NCBI GenBank assembly: GCA_051251915.1 | Contig: JBPOGF010000004.1 | Coordinates: forward strand, 43,188 to 107,187 | Direction: 5' to 3' | Origin: Akkermansiaceae bacterium | GTDB taxonomy: Bacteria > Verrucomicrobiota > Verrucomicrobiia > Verrucomicrobiales > Akkermansiaceae | DNA length: 64,000 bases | Shown here: in pieces, positions 29,984 to 39,650 of the stretch | Position numbering within the stretch: position 1 is the stretch's first letter | How the letters are laid out: the number at the start of each line of letters is the position of its first letter | Made by a program: the position numbers and the translations under genes | The notes under the pieces: generated by a model | Seen by the model: the letters and a program-made list of their open reading frames with translations, nothing else | The model's database searches: none | Told to the model about the DNA's origin: nothing

Positions 29984-30160
29984 ATTTCAAAAAAAGTTAG
30001 AAAATTGTCCGCTTCAGCAACCTAGTGTGGCTGAGCGTGGGCGCACACTAGCTTATTTTCTTCTAATTGATAGAAGAAAGTGATTTTTTGGGCGAGTTGT
30101 ATGTTCTTTACTCGTTCATTTGCAGAATCTTGGGTTGATTCAGGTGGGGTTTTATAGTGG

Positions 30161-30580
30161 CTAAAGATACTCAAGGAAGCTATTTCCTAGTTCGGTGAGG
30201 CGTGCTTTTTCCGTTTCTGAGAAGTCGTAAGGCTCTAATTTTCCTACGCCAATGGTGCCGAGGACGGTGTTGCCGTCTTCTGCTAGAATGGGTACAGCTA
30301 GTGAGCCTGAGACTCCGGTTTTGCGGGCATCTTCTTTTGCTACGCCGCCTAGATCTTGCTGGAGGTTGCAGAGTTCTACGGGTTCTTTGGTTTCTGCTGC
30401 GACTCCTGCGATGCCTTTGCCGAAGGGTATCATGGAGATTTTCTCGATTAGGAATTCAGGAACTCCGGCGTGGCTTACTAGTGAAAGGAGTTCTCCGGGT
30501 TTTGCTGTTTTATGGAGGGTTCCTGTGGCGCAACCGAACTCTGCCATTACTGCCTGTAATTTGTCATCAATCTCTTTCAT
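30161..30580 (-). CDS. Stand-alone GAF-domain protein
   Basis: IPFGKGIAG.AAE..EP, SLAVPI, LGTIGV, FSETEK..L. Confidence 0.8.
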   Translation of the reverse strand: MKEIDDKLQAVMAEFGCATGTLHKTAKPGELLSLVSHAGVPEFLIEKISMIPFGKGIAGVAAETKEPVELCNLQQDLGGVAKEDARKTGVSGSLAVPILAEDGNTVLGTIGVGKLEPYDFSETEKARLTELGNSFLEYL

Positions 30581-30624
30581 ATAATTAGATATTGGAGTTA
30601 GATTTTGGTGTGTCCAGAAGAAAT

Positions 30625-31974
30625 CTATTTCTGATTACTTGCGTGCCATGCTTCGATTTCTTTGTTGAGGGCTTTGACTTTGTCTGGGTACTTGGCTGCG
30701 AGGTTGTTTGTTTCGTGTGGGTCATCGGATAGGTTATAGAGTCTAAATGGTTCTTTGTCCCATTGATGGAGTTTGATGTATTGGGTGGTGTCGATGCCGT
30801 TTTTGCGAACTAATAGTTTCCAATCTCCGTGAACGCACCAGAGGTATTGGAGTGTTTCATTTGGTTTGCCTAGGGTCATGTTGTGAGAGGAGTGGCTCAC
30901 TCCGAAGACGGTGGTGCGCGCTGCTCTGGCTTTAGGATCTGTTAGGTCGATGCCTTCTAGGCCTGCTGGTGTGGGAATGCCGGCAACTGACATGATGGTG
31001 GGGAAGATGTCGACTGTGTGTGCGAGGTCTTTGGAGTTTAGTGGTTCTATTTTGGCGGGCCAGGTGACCATTATTGGGGTGCGGACTCCGTTTTCGTACG
31101 GTGAGCTTTTTGAACGCTGGGCGTAGTGTTTCCAGTCTTTCTGGGTGGGGTCGTCTGCGTTGGTGGAGGCGTTTGCCCAGCCGTTGTCACAGGCGTAGAT
31201 GAAGACGGTATTTTCTGTGAGGTTCTTTATGTCGATGTAGTTGATGACCTGGCCGCATGTTTCATCGAACCATTCGCACATTGCGTAGTATTTGGCGACA
31301 TCGAGAGGGATTCCGTTTGCTGTGTATTTCTCTAGTAAGCGTGCTGGTGGGTTGTGTGGTGTGTGGGGGAGGAATGGGGCGTACCAGACGAGGAATGGCT
31401 TTTTTTCTTCTACTGCGAAGTCGATGAAGTCTGTGACTGGCTTGATGCCATCTCTGCCGATGGTTAAACCTGCGTCACCGTGACGGCCTTTGCGCTTAGG
31501 GTCAGCATGTGTCATGCCGTGGGTGAAGCCACCTTCTTGGTAGGTTCCTTCCCACCATTTACCGGATTGGTGGGTGAGGTAGCCGTTGGCTGTTAGAGAT
31601 TTTACGAAGCTGGGGAGCTGGTGAAATGCATCGCGGAATGGGGGATCATTTTCTGCGCGGTTGGTTTTCTGATTTGCATCATTTCCTACGATTCCGTGCT
31701 TGGTGGGGGAGACTCCGGTGACGATGGATGCTAGCGAGGGGCGACAGATGGGAGCGGCTACGTAACCGCGCTCGAATGTGAGACCTTGTTTGGCGAGTTT
31801 GTCTAGATTAGGGGTCTTTATTTCTTTGTGGCCCATGAAGCCGTAGTCGGTCCAAGCTTGATCATCGCTGAGGAGAAAGACGATGTTAGGGCGCGGGGTT
31901 TCTGCGCTGGCTAGTGAGAGTGTGAGGAAGGAGCTGAATAGTGAAAGTAGGATTACCTTAATCAATGAGTGCAT
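30625..31974 (-). CDS. Formylglycine-dependent sulfatase (S1), exported
   Basis: Signal peptide, PNIVFLLSDD, CRPSLASIVTG, GKWW, DIFPTI, LYNLSDDPHETNNLA. Confidence 0.9.
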   Translation of the reverse strand: MHSLIKVILLSLFSSFLTLSLASAETPRPNIVFLLSDDQAWTDYGFMGHKEIKTPNLDKLAKQGLTFERGYVAAPICRPSLASIVTGVSPTKHGIVGNDANQKTNRAENDPPFRDAFHQLPSFVKSLTANGYLTHQSGKWWEGTYQEGGFTHGMTHADPKRKGRHGDAGLTIGRDGIKPVTDFIDFAVEEKKPFLVWYAPFLPHTPHNPPARLLEKYTANGIPLDVAKYYAMCEWFDETCGQVINYIDIKNLTENTVFIYACDNGWANASTNADDPTQKDWKHYAQRSKSSPYENGVRTPIMVTWPAKIEPLNSKDLAHTVDIFPTIMSVAGIPTPAGLEGIDLTDPKARAARTTVFGVSHSSHNMTLGKPNETLQYLWCVHGDWKLLVRKNGIDTTQYIKLHQWDKEPFRLYNLSDDPHETNNLAAKYPDKVKALNKEIEAWHASNQK

Positions 31975-32042
31975 GAAAGAATCGTAGGTGCTGAAGGTCT
32001 ATAGTCAAAAAAAAATCAGTATGGGACGGCGGTAATATTATA

Positions 32043-32912
32043 TTAGCGAGCTCTGAGTTGAGGGGCTTCTGCGAAGGCTCTGGCGTTTGTGCGATTGTTT
32101 ATTTCAGTGGTGCCGTAGGTCCATGGGTTGATGCCTTTTTCGGTGAAGACAGCCATGCCGATGACGCCGATGTTTCTGGTTCCTTGGCCGCTGAGGTTGC
32201 TGTAGGAGCTGTTTACGCTGGCGAACTTGAATGCGGCGACTGCGTCTTCGCTTTTTCTGAAGCCTTTGACGGTGAGGGTTTTTCCTGGGTGGATGATGTA
32301 GCCGCGTTTTTTAGTTGAGGCTGGCTTGCCGTCTAGGACGTCTAGGCCATCTACGCTCATGACTATTTCTAGGCGAGATTTAGTGAGGTTTTTTACGACG
32401 AGTGAGTAGGTTTGGTTTTTGCTTCCGACTACGAATCTTTTACCGCTAGAGTGGCGGTTTTTGAGATATCCCCAGCTTCCTTTGACTCCCCATTCGACCA
32501 TGCCGTTGGCTGTCTTTTGGAGGCCTTTGCCGCTGTAGTTCCATGAGTTGGTCATGGCTTTGATGCCTTCTGCATCGTTGTAGTAAATGGATGCCATAGA
32601 GGCTGGGTGTGCGTTGGCGCGGTGGAAGTTGGTGTAGTTTACTGAGGAGGCTACGTCATCGCCCCAGCCGGTGCCTAGTCCTGGGCGTTCTTGTGGAGGG
32701 CGGGATACTGTTTTACTTCTGCTAATAGATGGATGGTAGTCGCTCGCTAGTTCGCTATTGTTTGCTTGTGGTGCGTAGGATGGTGCTGTGACTGCTCCTG
32801 CGGGGACAGCACAGCTTGTAAGGTGGACTAATCCTAGTCCGAGGGTGGCTGCCATCAGGAGCTGCTTGGCTCGATGCCCGAGTGTGAGATTTATAAATAA
32901 GTTCGGTTTCAT
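32043..32912 (-). CDS. Conserved hypothetical lipoprotein
   Basis: Lipobox LTSC after a hydrophobic stretch; conserved-looking SVDGLDVLDG, RGYII.PG, RNIGVIG.AVF. The start (ATG 32912) is uncertain. Confidence 0.7.
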   Translation of the reverse strand: MKPNLFINLTLGHRAKQLLMAATLGLGLVHLTSCAVPAGAVTAPSYAPQANNSELASDYHPSISRSKTVSRPPQERPGLGTGWGDDVASSVNYTNFHRANAHPASMASIYYNDAEGIKAMTNSWNYSGKGLQKTANGMVEWGVKGSWGYLKNRHSSGKRFVVGSKNQTYSLVVKNLTKSRLEIVMSVDGLDVLDGKPASTKKRGYIIHPGKTLTVKGFRKSEDAVAAFKFASVNSSYSNLSGQGTRNIGVIGMAVFTEKGINPWTYGTTEINNRTNARAFAEAPQLRAR

Positions 32913-32959
32913 AATAAGGCTAGAAAAACAGCATTTGGGTGATTCGTCAATTCTTTTTG

Positions 32960-33001
32960 TGCTAAAAATACTGCACTTTTGTAATTGCAGTATTTTTAGC
33001 A
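32960..33001. promoter_or_regulatory. Perfect 16-bp inverted repeat, candidate BlaI-family operator
   Basis: TGCTAAAAATACTGCA-N10-TGCAGTATTTTTAGCA lies between the divergent lipoprotein and BlaI genes. Confidence 0.7.
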
Positions 33002-33018
33002 TCATGTATGGTATGTTT

Positions 33019-33387
33019 ATGAGCAGATTAGAAAAAGGTCAAATGTCGCGCCGAGAGAGGCAGATCATGGACATCATTTATCGACTGGGGCAGGCTTCAG
33101 CGAAGGATGTGCAGGAGAATCTCCCCGATCCTCCATCGTATTCTGCGGTGCGTGCGTTGTTAGTGACGCTGGAGAATAAGGGGATGGTGAAGCATGCTAA
33201 GGAATCACGGCGCTACATTTATAAGCCGGCTATTACTGAGAAGAAGGCGCGTAAGTCTGCGCTAAAGAATTTGATTTCAACGTTCTTTGAGGGCAAGCCG
33301 CAGAATCTTGTGGCGGCGTTGTTGGATGAGAATGATCAGGACTTATCGAAAGAGCAGATCGATGAGATTCGTAATATGGTAAAGTAG
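33019..33387 (+). CDS. BlaI/MecI/CopY-family transcriptional regulator
   Basis: MSRRERQIMDIIY, PPSYSAVRALL..LE.KG.V.H, RYIY.P, FFEG. Start placed at ATG 33019. Confidence 0.92.
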   Translation: MSRLEKGQMSRRERQIMDIIYRLGQASAKDVQENLPDPPSYSAVRALLVTLENKGMVKHAKESRRYIYKPAITEKKARKSALKNLISTFFEGKPQNLVAALLDENDQDLSKEQIDEIRNMVK

Positions 33388-33411
33388 CATCTCTTTAGGA
33401 ATTTAGGAAAC

Positions 33412-34479
33412 ATGATCATCACTAGCATTATTATATCGGCACTGGCCCTGGCACTTAGCATGTGGATGGGGCGGCGGAATCCGGTGCGCTCATCTGGGCT
33501 AACGGCTGGGATGTTGGTATTGTTGATGATTACACCGTTATTGCTTTGGATGCCGAAGGTGCATCTTGATTTGGATTTGCCGTGGGCATCATCGGCAGTG
33601 GTGAATGCTGCTGAGAGTAGTTCACTGAGTGAGAATTCTTGGAGTTTGATGTATTTGTTGATGTGGGTTTATGGTATTGTTTGTGTGGTATTGCTGACTA
33701 GGTTGTTAGGTCATTTTCATGTTGTGAAGCGTTGGTGTAGTGAGTCGGTGGTGGATAAGAATGAGGATCATTTGAAGTTGTTAGAGGAATGTGCGGATCA
33801 GCTGAGTTTGGGTAAATTGCCAGAGGTAAGTTTTTCTGAGCGGGTGAATTCACCAGTGATCACGGGGTTATTTCATCCTGTGTTATTACTTCCTTCACGC
33901 GCTAGTGAGTGGAGTGGTGAGACTTTGAAGATGGTGATGCTTCATGAGTTAGGGCATGTGCAGCGGCGTGATTTATGGACGAGTCTTGCGGGGCAGATTG
34001 CTTGTGCGTTGCATTGGTTTAATCCGTTGGTGTGGATGCTTAGGAAGCGACTTACTCATGAGTGTGAGTATGCTTGTGATGCGCATGTAATTTCCTGTGG
34101 TGCGCATCCGGGGAACTATATTAATGCGCTTTGTGATGTGGCAGAGTCTTGCCAGAATAAGAATATGCTGAATGCTCGGAATGGGCATTCGCTGGCCTTT
34201 TCTGCGGCGTTATCGATGGCGAATAAGGCGAGTTTGAGGAATAGGGTTGAGAATTTGTTAGAGAAGAAGCCTGGGGTGAATAAGGCGAGTTCGGTAATTG
34301 TGGTGGGAGTTCTTGTTGTTTCTGCGACAGCTGCGCTGGCTATTAATTTGGTTCGTCCTGAGATGCATCAGGATATGAGTCCTGAGATGAAAATGGATCA
34401 TGAGCTAATCGAAGCTAACACTCCTACTAGAGAAGAGGTGCAGCTTCGGTTAAGTGCTAATGCCTTTCCTGGGGGTTAG
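33412..34479 (+). CDS. M56 (BlaR1/MecR1) family metallopeptidase
   Basis: SPVITGLFHP, HELGH, HWFNPLVW, ECEYACD; N- and C-terminal TM helices. Confidence 0.92.
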   Translation: MIITSIIISALALALSMWMGRRNPVRSSGLTAGMLVLLMITPLLLWMPKVHLDLDLPWASSAVVNAAESSSLSENSWSLMYLLMWVYGIVCVVLLTRLLGHFHVVKRWCSESVVDKNEDHLKLLEECADQLSLGKLPEVSFSERVNSPVITGLFHPVLLLPSRASEWSGETLKMVMLHELGHVQRRDLWTSLAGQIACALHWFNPLVWMLRKRLTHECEYACDAHVISCGAHPGNYINALCDVAESCQNKNMLNARNGHSLAFSAALSMANKASLRNRVENLLEKKPGVNKASSVIVVGVLVVSATAALAINLVRPEMHQDMSPEMKMDHELIEANTPTREEVQLRLSANAFPGG

Positions 34480-35237
34480 AATCTCCAAGTAAATCCGAGT
34501 TTGACGACGGGGTAGATATCGTATTTTTCGAGATCGTCGATGATATCTTGTTCTTCGCTGTTGAATGCAATTTGTGGCACTGAGCCTAAGAGGGCACTGT
34601 TTGGTGTGAGGTTCACTTCTGGTGGTCCGATGAAGATGGCGCCGGCATCGAATGATACTATGTATTGTTTCTCATTCCCCCATGCCCAATCCCAACCTAT
34701 ACCGAGGTAGGGAGCAAAGTCTGAGTAACTAATGTCTCCAGTGAGTGAGTCACCCGCTTGGAAGGTGTAGGAAATAATATTACCGATATTTAATACTTGG
34801 CCTGGAGCGCTAGCGTCTATGCTAATGTTATTATCAACTGCGTAGCCACCGAAACTGATTCTGAAGCCTTTCCCGAGTGTGCTGTTGGCAAAGGGGAGGT
34901 AGTTTGCGGTGATACCAGAGGAGAAGAAGTCTAGTTTTGAGTCGTAATTAATATTATCAAGGTCTAGTTCTTTATCAAAAGTGAGGCCTTGAATTTCTCC
35001 TTTGAGGTAGAATTTTTTGTTAAATTGGTAGGTCACGTGTCCGCCAAGACCGAGTGTGGAGATGGAGATGCCTGCTCCCCAATGGTTGTTTAAGTTGTCT
35101 AGGCTGTGAGAGGTTGCCCAGTCGCCAGTGTTAGAAGGGGCGGGATTGTCTTGGATGTCTGTTGCGGCAGTGGCTAGCGGGCAGATTAAGGAAAGAAGCG
35201 GGGCTAGGATGCGTGTTTTGGTATCATTATTCATCAT
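34476..35237 (-). CDS. Outer-membrane beta-barrel protein (hypothetical)
   Basis: Signal peptide, alternating amphipathic strands (STLGLG, PYLGIGW), terminal FTWRF. Confidence 0.7.
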   Translation of the reverse strand: MMNNDTKTRILAPLLSLICPLATAATDIQDNPAPSNTGDWATSHSLDNLNNHWGAGISISTLGLGGHVTYQFNKKFYLKGEIQGLTFDKELDLDNINYDSKLDFFSSGITANYLPFANSTLGKGFRISFGGYAVDNNISIDASAPGQVLNIGNIISYTFQAGDSLTGDISYSDFAPYLGIGWDWAWGNEKQYIVSFDAGAIFIGPPEVNLTPNSALLGSVPQIAFNSEEQDIIDDLEKYDIYPVVKLGFTWRF

Positions 35238-35258
35238 CTGTTTAGATAATGTAAAACT

Positions 35259-35621
35259 TCACCGCTGCACAAGATAAAAGCCAATAAAGCAGAGGGCTAG
35301 GCCGCCTAGGAGGGAGATGAGGGAGTAGGTGATGGCTAGGGTGAGGTTGCCGGACTGGATGAGTTTTTGGGTGTCTAGGGCGAAGGTGGAGAAGGTGGTG
35401 AAGCCGCCGAGGAAGCCGGTGACGGCTAGGGGGGAGATCCAGGTGGGGTGGTGGGATTTAACGAGTCCGTAGATGATGCCGATGAGGAGGCAGCCTAGGA
35501 GGTTGGCGGTGAGGATGCCGTAGGGCATTTTGGAGCCTTCGCTTTGGAGTTGGAGTGAGAGGATGTAGCGGGCGGTGGCGCCTAGGCCGCTGCCGATGAA
35601 GATGAGGAGAATGTGATTCAC
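35259..35621 (-). CDS. crcB: Fluoride efflux channel CrcB/Fluc
   Basis: GSGLGATARY, PYGILTANLLGC, TGFLGGFTTFSTF. Confidence 0.95.
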   Translation of the reverse strand: MNHILLIFIGSGLGATARYILSLQLQSEGSKMPYGILTANLLGCLLIGIIYGLVKSHHPTWISPLAVTGFLGGFTTFSTFALDTQKLIQSGNLTLAITYSLISLLGGLALCFIGFYLVQR

Positions 35622-35676
35622 TGTGTCGCGGGATATGGTGGAATGTTATTGAGAGCTTATATAGCAAACGGGCAGT

Positions 35677-35704
35677 AGCAGGAAGCAGGAAGCAAGTAGC
35701 CGCA
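35677..35704 (+). repeat. Heptamer tandem repeat (AGCAGGA-like)x4
   Basis: agcagga agcagga agcaagt agccgca. Confidence 0.65.
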
Positions 35705-35779
35705 AGCGAACTTTTAGAGTTTGAAGTGAAATGAGATTGTTAGAGAATGTCTTCAGTTAGAGCGATTCGGTTATGGTGG

Positions 35780-36607
35780 TTATTTCTTGAGGATACCGTA
35801 GCGTGGGCTGAAGGTGAATGCGAGGAGGAAGATGAGGCCTAGGAGGATGACGATGGCTTGGCCGGCGTGGATGTTGATAAAGTGGCTGAGTGTCACGCCG
35901 CCTGCGCCGGAGAGTGCGCCGATGATGGCGCCGCCCCAGAAGAGGCTTTTGGTATTGTCTGTGAAGAGTAGCATGATGGCGGAGGGGGCTACGAGGAGTG
36001 AGACTGAGAGGACGCTGCCTACTGCTTGGAGGGAGGCTACGAGCATGAGGATGAGGAGGGTGAAGATGAGGTACTGCATGGCTCTGACGGGAACTCCCTG
36101 GGCGGATGCAACGTGGGGTTCGAACATGGTGAGGAGGAGGGGGCGCATGAAGAGGTTACTGAGGGCGAGGCTGATGGTGCTGATGATGAAGATGAAGTTT
36201 AGGTCCCGCTGGGACATGAGGCTGAGGTCGCCGAAGAGCCAGCTTTCTAGGCTAGCGATGATGGGGAGGTGGGGGAGGATGGCGATGCCTCCGGAGAAGG
36301 CGGCGGTGTAGAGGACGGCGAGGGCGGTGCTCTCTGGGATGCGGGAGTTTCTGCTGACTAGGACGGAGCCTAGGCCGACGAGGATGCAGGCGAGGAGGGC
36401 GCCGATGAAGGCGTTGGCCTGGGTGAGCTGCTGGGTGATGAGGACGGCGATGGCGATGCCGGGGAGCATGGTGTGGGAGAGTGCTGAGACGGAGAGGGCG
36501 CTGCGGCGGAGGTTTACGAAGCCGCTGAAGAAGCCGTTGGCAAAGCCGATGACTGTGGCTCCGATGAAGGGAGCGACCATGAGGTCTATGTTGGCGATGA
36601 TGTTCAT
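35780..36607 (-). CDS. Zn/Mn-type metal ABC transporter permease
   Basis: SALSHTMLPGIA, WLFGD, FEP..A.AQG, AVGSVLSVSLLVAP (ABC-3 family). Confidence 0.92.
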   Translation of the reverse strand: MNIIANIDLMVAPFIGATVIGFANGFFSGFVNLRRSALSVSALSHTMLPGIAIAVLITQQLTQANAFIGALLACILVGLGSVLVSRNSRIPESTALAVLYTAAFSGGIAILPHLPIIASLESWLFGDLSLMSQRDLNFIFIISTISLALSNLFMRPLLLTMFEPHVASAQGVPVRAMQYLIFTLLILMLVASLQAVGSVLSVSLLVAPSAIMLLFTDNTKSLFWGGAIIGALSGAGGVTLSHFINIHAGQAIVILLGLIFLLAFTFSPRYGILKK

Positions 36608-36615
36608 TAGGGGGC

Positions 36616-37400
<785 letters not shown>

Positions 37401-37401
<1 letters not shown>

Positions 37402-37868
37402 TACTCGTTCTCCTTCCAGTGAAATTTCATGATGTCGGTGATGTCGCCTTCTGCTCTGATGGTTTGAGTTTGTGAGTCGAGGTCATCTGGTGAGATGATG
37501 ACTTGCATGAATTTGTAGCCGTCTTGTGGGGATTCCCATTGTGCCTCGCATTGGATTTCTATTTCATCAGAGGTAAGTTTTTTCACTGGGATGAAGACGT
37601 CGCCGCTCCATTCGGAGGCGTTGAGGTTGTTAACCTTGATGAGTGGGAGTGCGGTGGCGGGGTGGGTGAGGGAGAAGTTCTTGGCCTCGGAGGAGAAGTA
37701 GATTTCTAGGTAGACGGAGACTTGATCTGCTTTGATGTGCTCAACGGGGGTTGAGGTTTCAGGCTGAGTGGTATTGCCATCGATAGAGAAAGCCACGCGC
37801 ATTCCTGCATACATGGCGAGCATGATTAGGCAGGCTAATAGGGTAGCGAGTATGGGTGATCCTTTCAT
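37401..37868 (-). CDS. Hypothetical membrane-anchored protein, first gene of the metal ABC operon
   Basis: N-terminal TM helix; its stop overlaps the ATPase start by 1 nt. Confidence 0.7.
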
Positions 37869-37928
37869 GGTGAAAACTTACCTCTGGTGGCTAGCGAGGC
37901 GGGTGCAAGTGTCAGCAGGAATCGGCGC

Positions 37929-37949
37929 TAATGCAAGAAAATTGCGTTA
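37929..37949. promoter_or_regulatory. Palindrome, candidate metalloregulator site
   Basis: TAATGCAA-N5-TTGCGTTA (7/8 match), 60 nt upstream of the metal ABC operon start. Confidence 0.4.
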
Positions 37950-38362
37950 AGTCGGGCAGGGAGATCAAGCTAGTTTTTTTACCAGGAATAACGGGTATCT
38001 TCACGAATGTGGTGGACGATGAAGCTTTTTTTGTCCGCTAAATACACTAAAATCACGAAACCATTACGATGAAAGCTGAATGGAAGTATTTTAAACGACA
38101 CGCGACTGAATAGCGCTGAATTACGCTGAATAAATATGCCGAACTAGTTCATATGTTCCTAGCTTGGTTGCAGTGAGGGGGGATGAATTTTTGTGAGAGA
38201 ATAGCTGAGGGTTTGTTGGGGGCTGAGTTGAGTGAGTGTGGGAGTGGGTTGGAGAATTTAGGGGTGATTTGGTTTATTTGTAGTCAAAGGGTGAGAAAGA
38301 TTCATCTTTCATTTTTTGTGTTAGTGGTCTTAATGGCGGGGATACGAGCTACGTAAAAAATT

Positions 38363-38818
38363 ATGCCATACAGAATTTGCAAGATGATAGAAGTGGAGAA
38401 TGGTCACCTACTTTCCAAGCACCCGGATAAATGCCGTTTCCCGCATGGGCATACACGTAAGGTGGAGCTTGTGTTTGAGGCTGATACGCTGGATGACCAT
38501 GAGATGGTGTTTGATTTCAAGCTGGTGAAGCACATGGTTGAGGAGTTTATCGAGACTTATGATCATGCGCTGTGTATGAATACGGCTGATCCTAAGTTTG
38601 AGTTTTTCAAGGATGCTTATGGGGATAGGATTATTGGGTTTGAGAATGAGGATCCTACTACGGAGGTGATGGCTCGGACGATTTTTGATCATACTAGCGG
38701 GCAGCTGGCGCATCATGTGAATAATCCGGATGACGAGTATCCAGTGCGCGCGGAGGTGCGACTGAAGACGGTGCGGATCTGGGAGACTACTAGTTCTTGG
38801 GCTGAGTATTCCGTCTAG
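38363..38818 (+). CDS. queD: 6-carboxy-5,6,7,8-tetrahydropterin synthase
   Basis: GHLL..H..KC..PHGH, MVFDF, DHA, PTTEVMA, WET.SS.AEY. Confidence 0.88.
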   Translation: MPYRICKMIEVENGHLLSKHPDKCRFPHGHTRKVELVFEADTLDDHEMVFDFKLVKHMVEEFIETYDHALCMNTADPKFEFFKDAYGDRIIGFENEDPTTEVMARTIFDHTSGQLAHHVNNPDDEYPVRAEVRLKTVRIWETTSSWAEYSV

Positions 38819-38824
38819 TGCGGG

Positions 38825-39475
38825 TTAGATTCCGTCACCTGGGGACTCGGAGGTGAAGCCTTCGAAGTCGACAGCTAGGGAGTCTGAGAAGTCATTGGAG
38901 TCTTCATCGGCGACGATGGTGTCGATCGGTTTAGATGCTTCTTTTGGAATGCTGAGGGGTTTTTCAAGCTCAGGCTCGCGGGTAATGTCATTCATGAGCG
39001 AAGGCTCTGCGAATTCGACATCGGGTTGACGGAGTGAGTTAACGAGTGCGACAGTTTCTAGCTGGAATCCTTTTTGGGCGTCCATGAGTTGCTGGACTTG
39101 TTGTTTCAATGATGTGTGGTCTGCAACTCTGGAACTCTCTAGTTCGCCGATGCGTTTTTCCACTTTTTCTAGTGTGGTGGCGATTGGTTTGACTAGTTGG
39201 TTGGCAGTGAGTTTGGAATTGAGGCTGATTTCGTTTTGCTTCAGCGCGGCTTCTGAGTCACGGAGGATTTGTAAATCTTTTTGGGTGGATGCGAGGCGTT
39301 GTTTGGTCTCGCTGGTGCGATTTTTTTCTGCTTCTAGTTCTGTAGTGATTTTCGCGACGCGGGATTTTTTAGAGCTGGAGCAGATGAGTGCGGTGAAGAT
39401 GACGCCGACGACGAAGGCCGCGGCTGCGATGATGTGGCTCTCTATTGGAAGCTTAGTGAGAGTATCGAGGTCCAT
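38825..39475 (-). CDS. Membrane-anchored coiled-coil protein resembling the RmuC N-terminal half
   Basis: TM plus coiled coil ending ETVALVNSLRQP, then an acidic low-complexity tail. Start placed at ATG 39475. Confidence 0.6.
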   Translation of the reverse strand: MDLDTLTKLPIESHIIAAAAFVVGVIFTALICSSSKKSRVAKITTELEAEKNRTSETKQRLASTQKDLQILRDSEAALKQNEISLNSKLTANQLVKPIATTLEKVEKRIGELESSRVADHTSLKQQVQQLMDAQKGFQLETVALVNSLRQPDVEFAEPSLMNDITREPELEKPLSIPKEASKPIDTIVADEDSNDFSDSLAVDFEGFTSESPGDGI

Positions 39476-39650
39476 TGAAATGGCATAGATTGTTGATGGC
39501 ATAATGTCTAAAGATTGGTTCTTGCGAAATAGGTTAACAAGCGCATAGTGTGTCTGAGAGTGATGTTCTGCAAGCAAGATATCTGCGGATTTGCATCATT
39601 TCTCAGGACAAACGTATAAATCCAAACACACAAAACGAACTAAAATTATT

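Noticed and set aside
30161-30580. Free methionine-R-sulfoxide reductase (MsrC) call for the GAF protein
   Set aside because: It lacks the catalytic GVCG and HIAC cysteine motifs.
35622-35779. Fluoride riboswitch upstream of crcB
   Set aside because: No GGCGATGG...GCTGATGAC-like consensus on the minus strand; the region holds heptamer repeats instead.
38335-38362. preQ1 riboswitch upstream of queD (AGCTAC...AAAAAA)
   Set aside because: It has partial loop and A-tail resemblance but no convincing P1 stem. An Infernal search with the Rfam preQ1 models would settle it.
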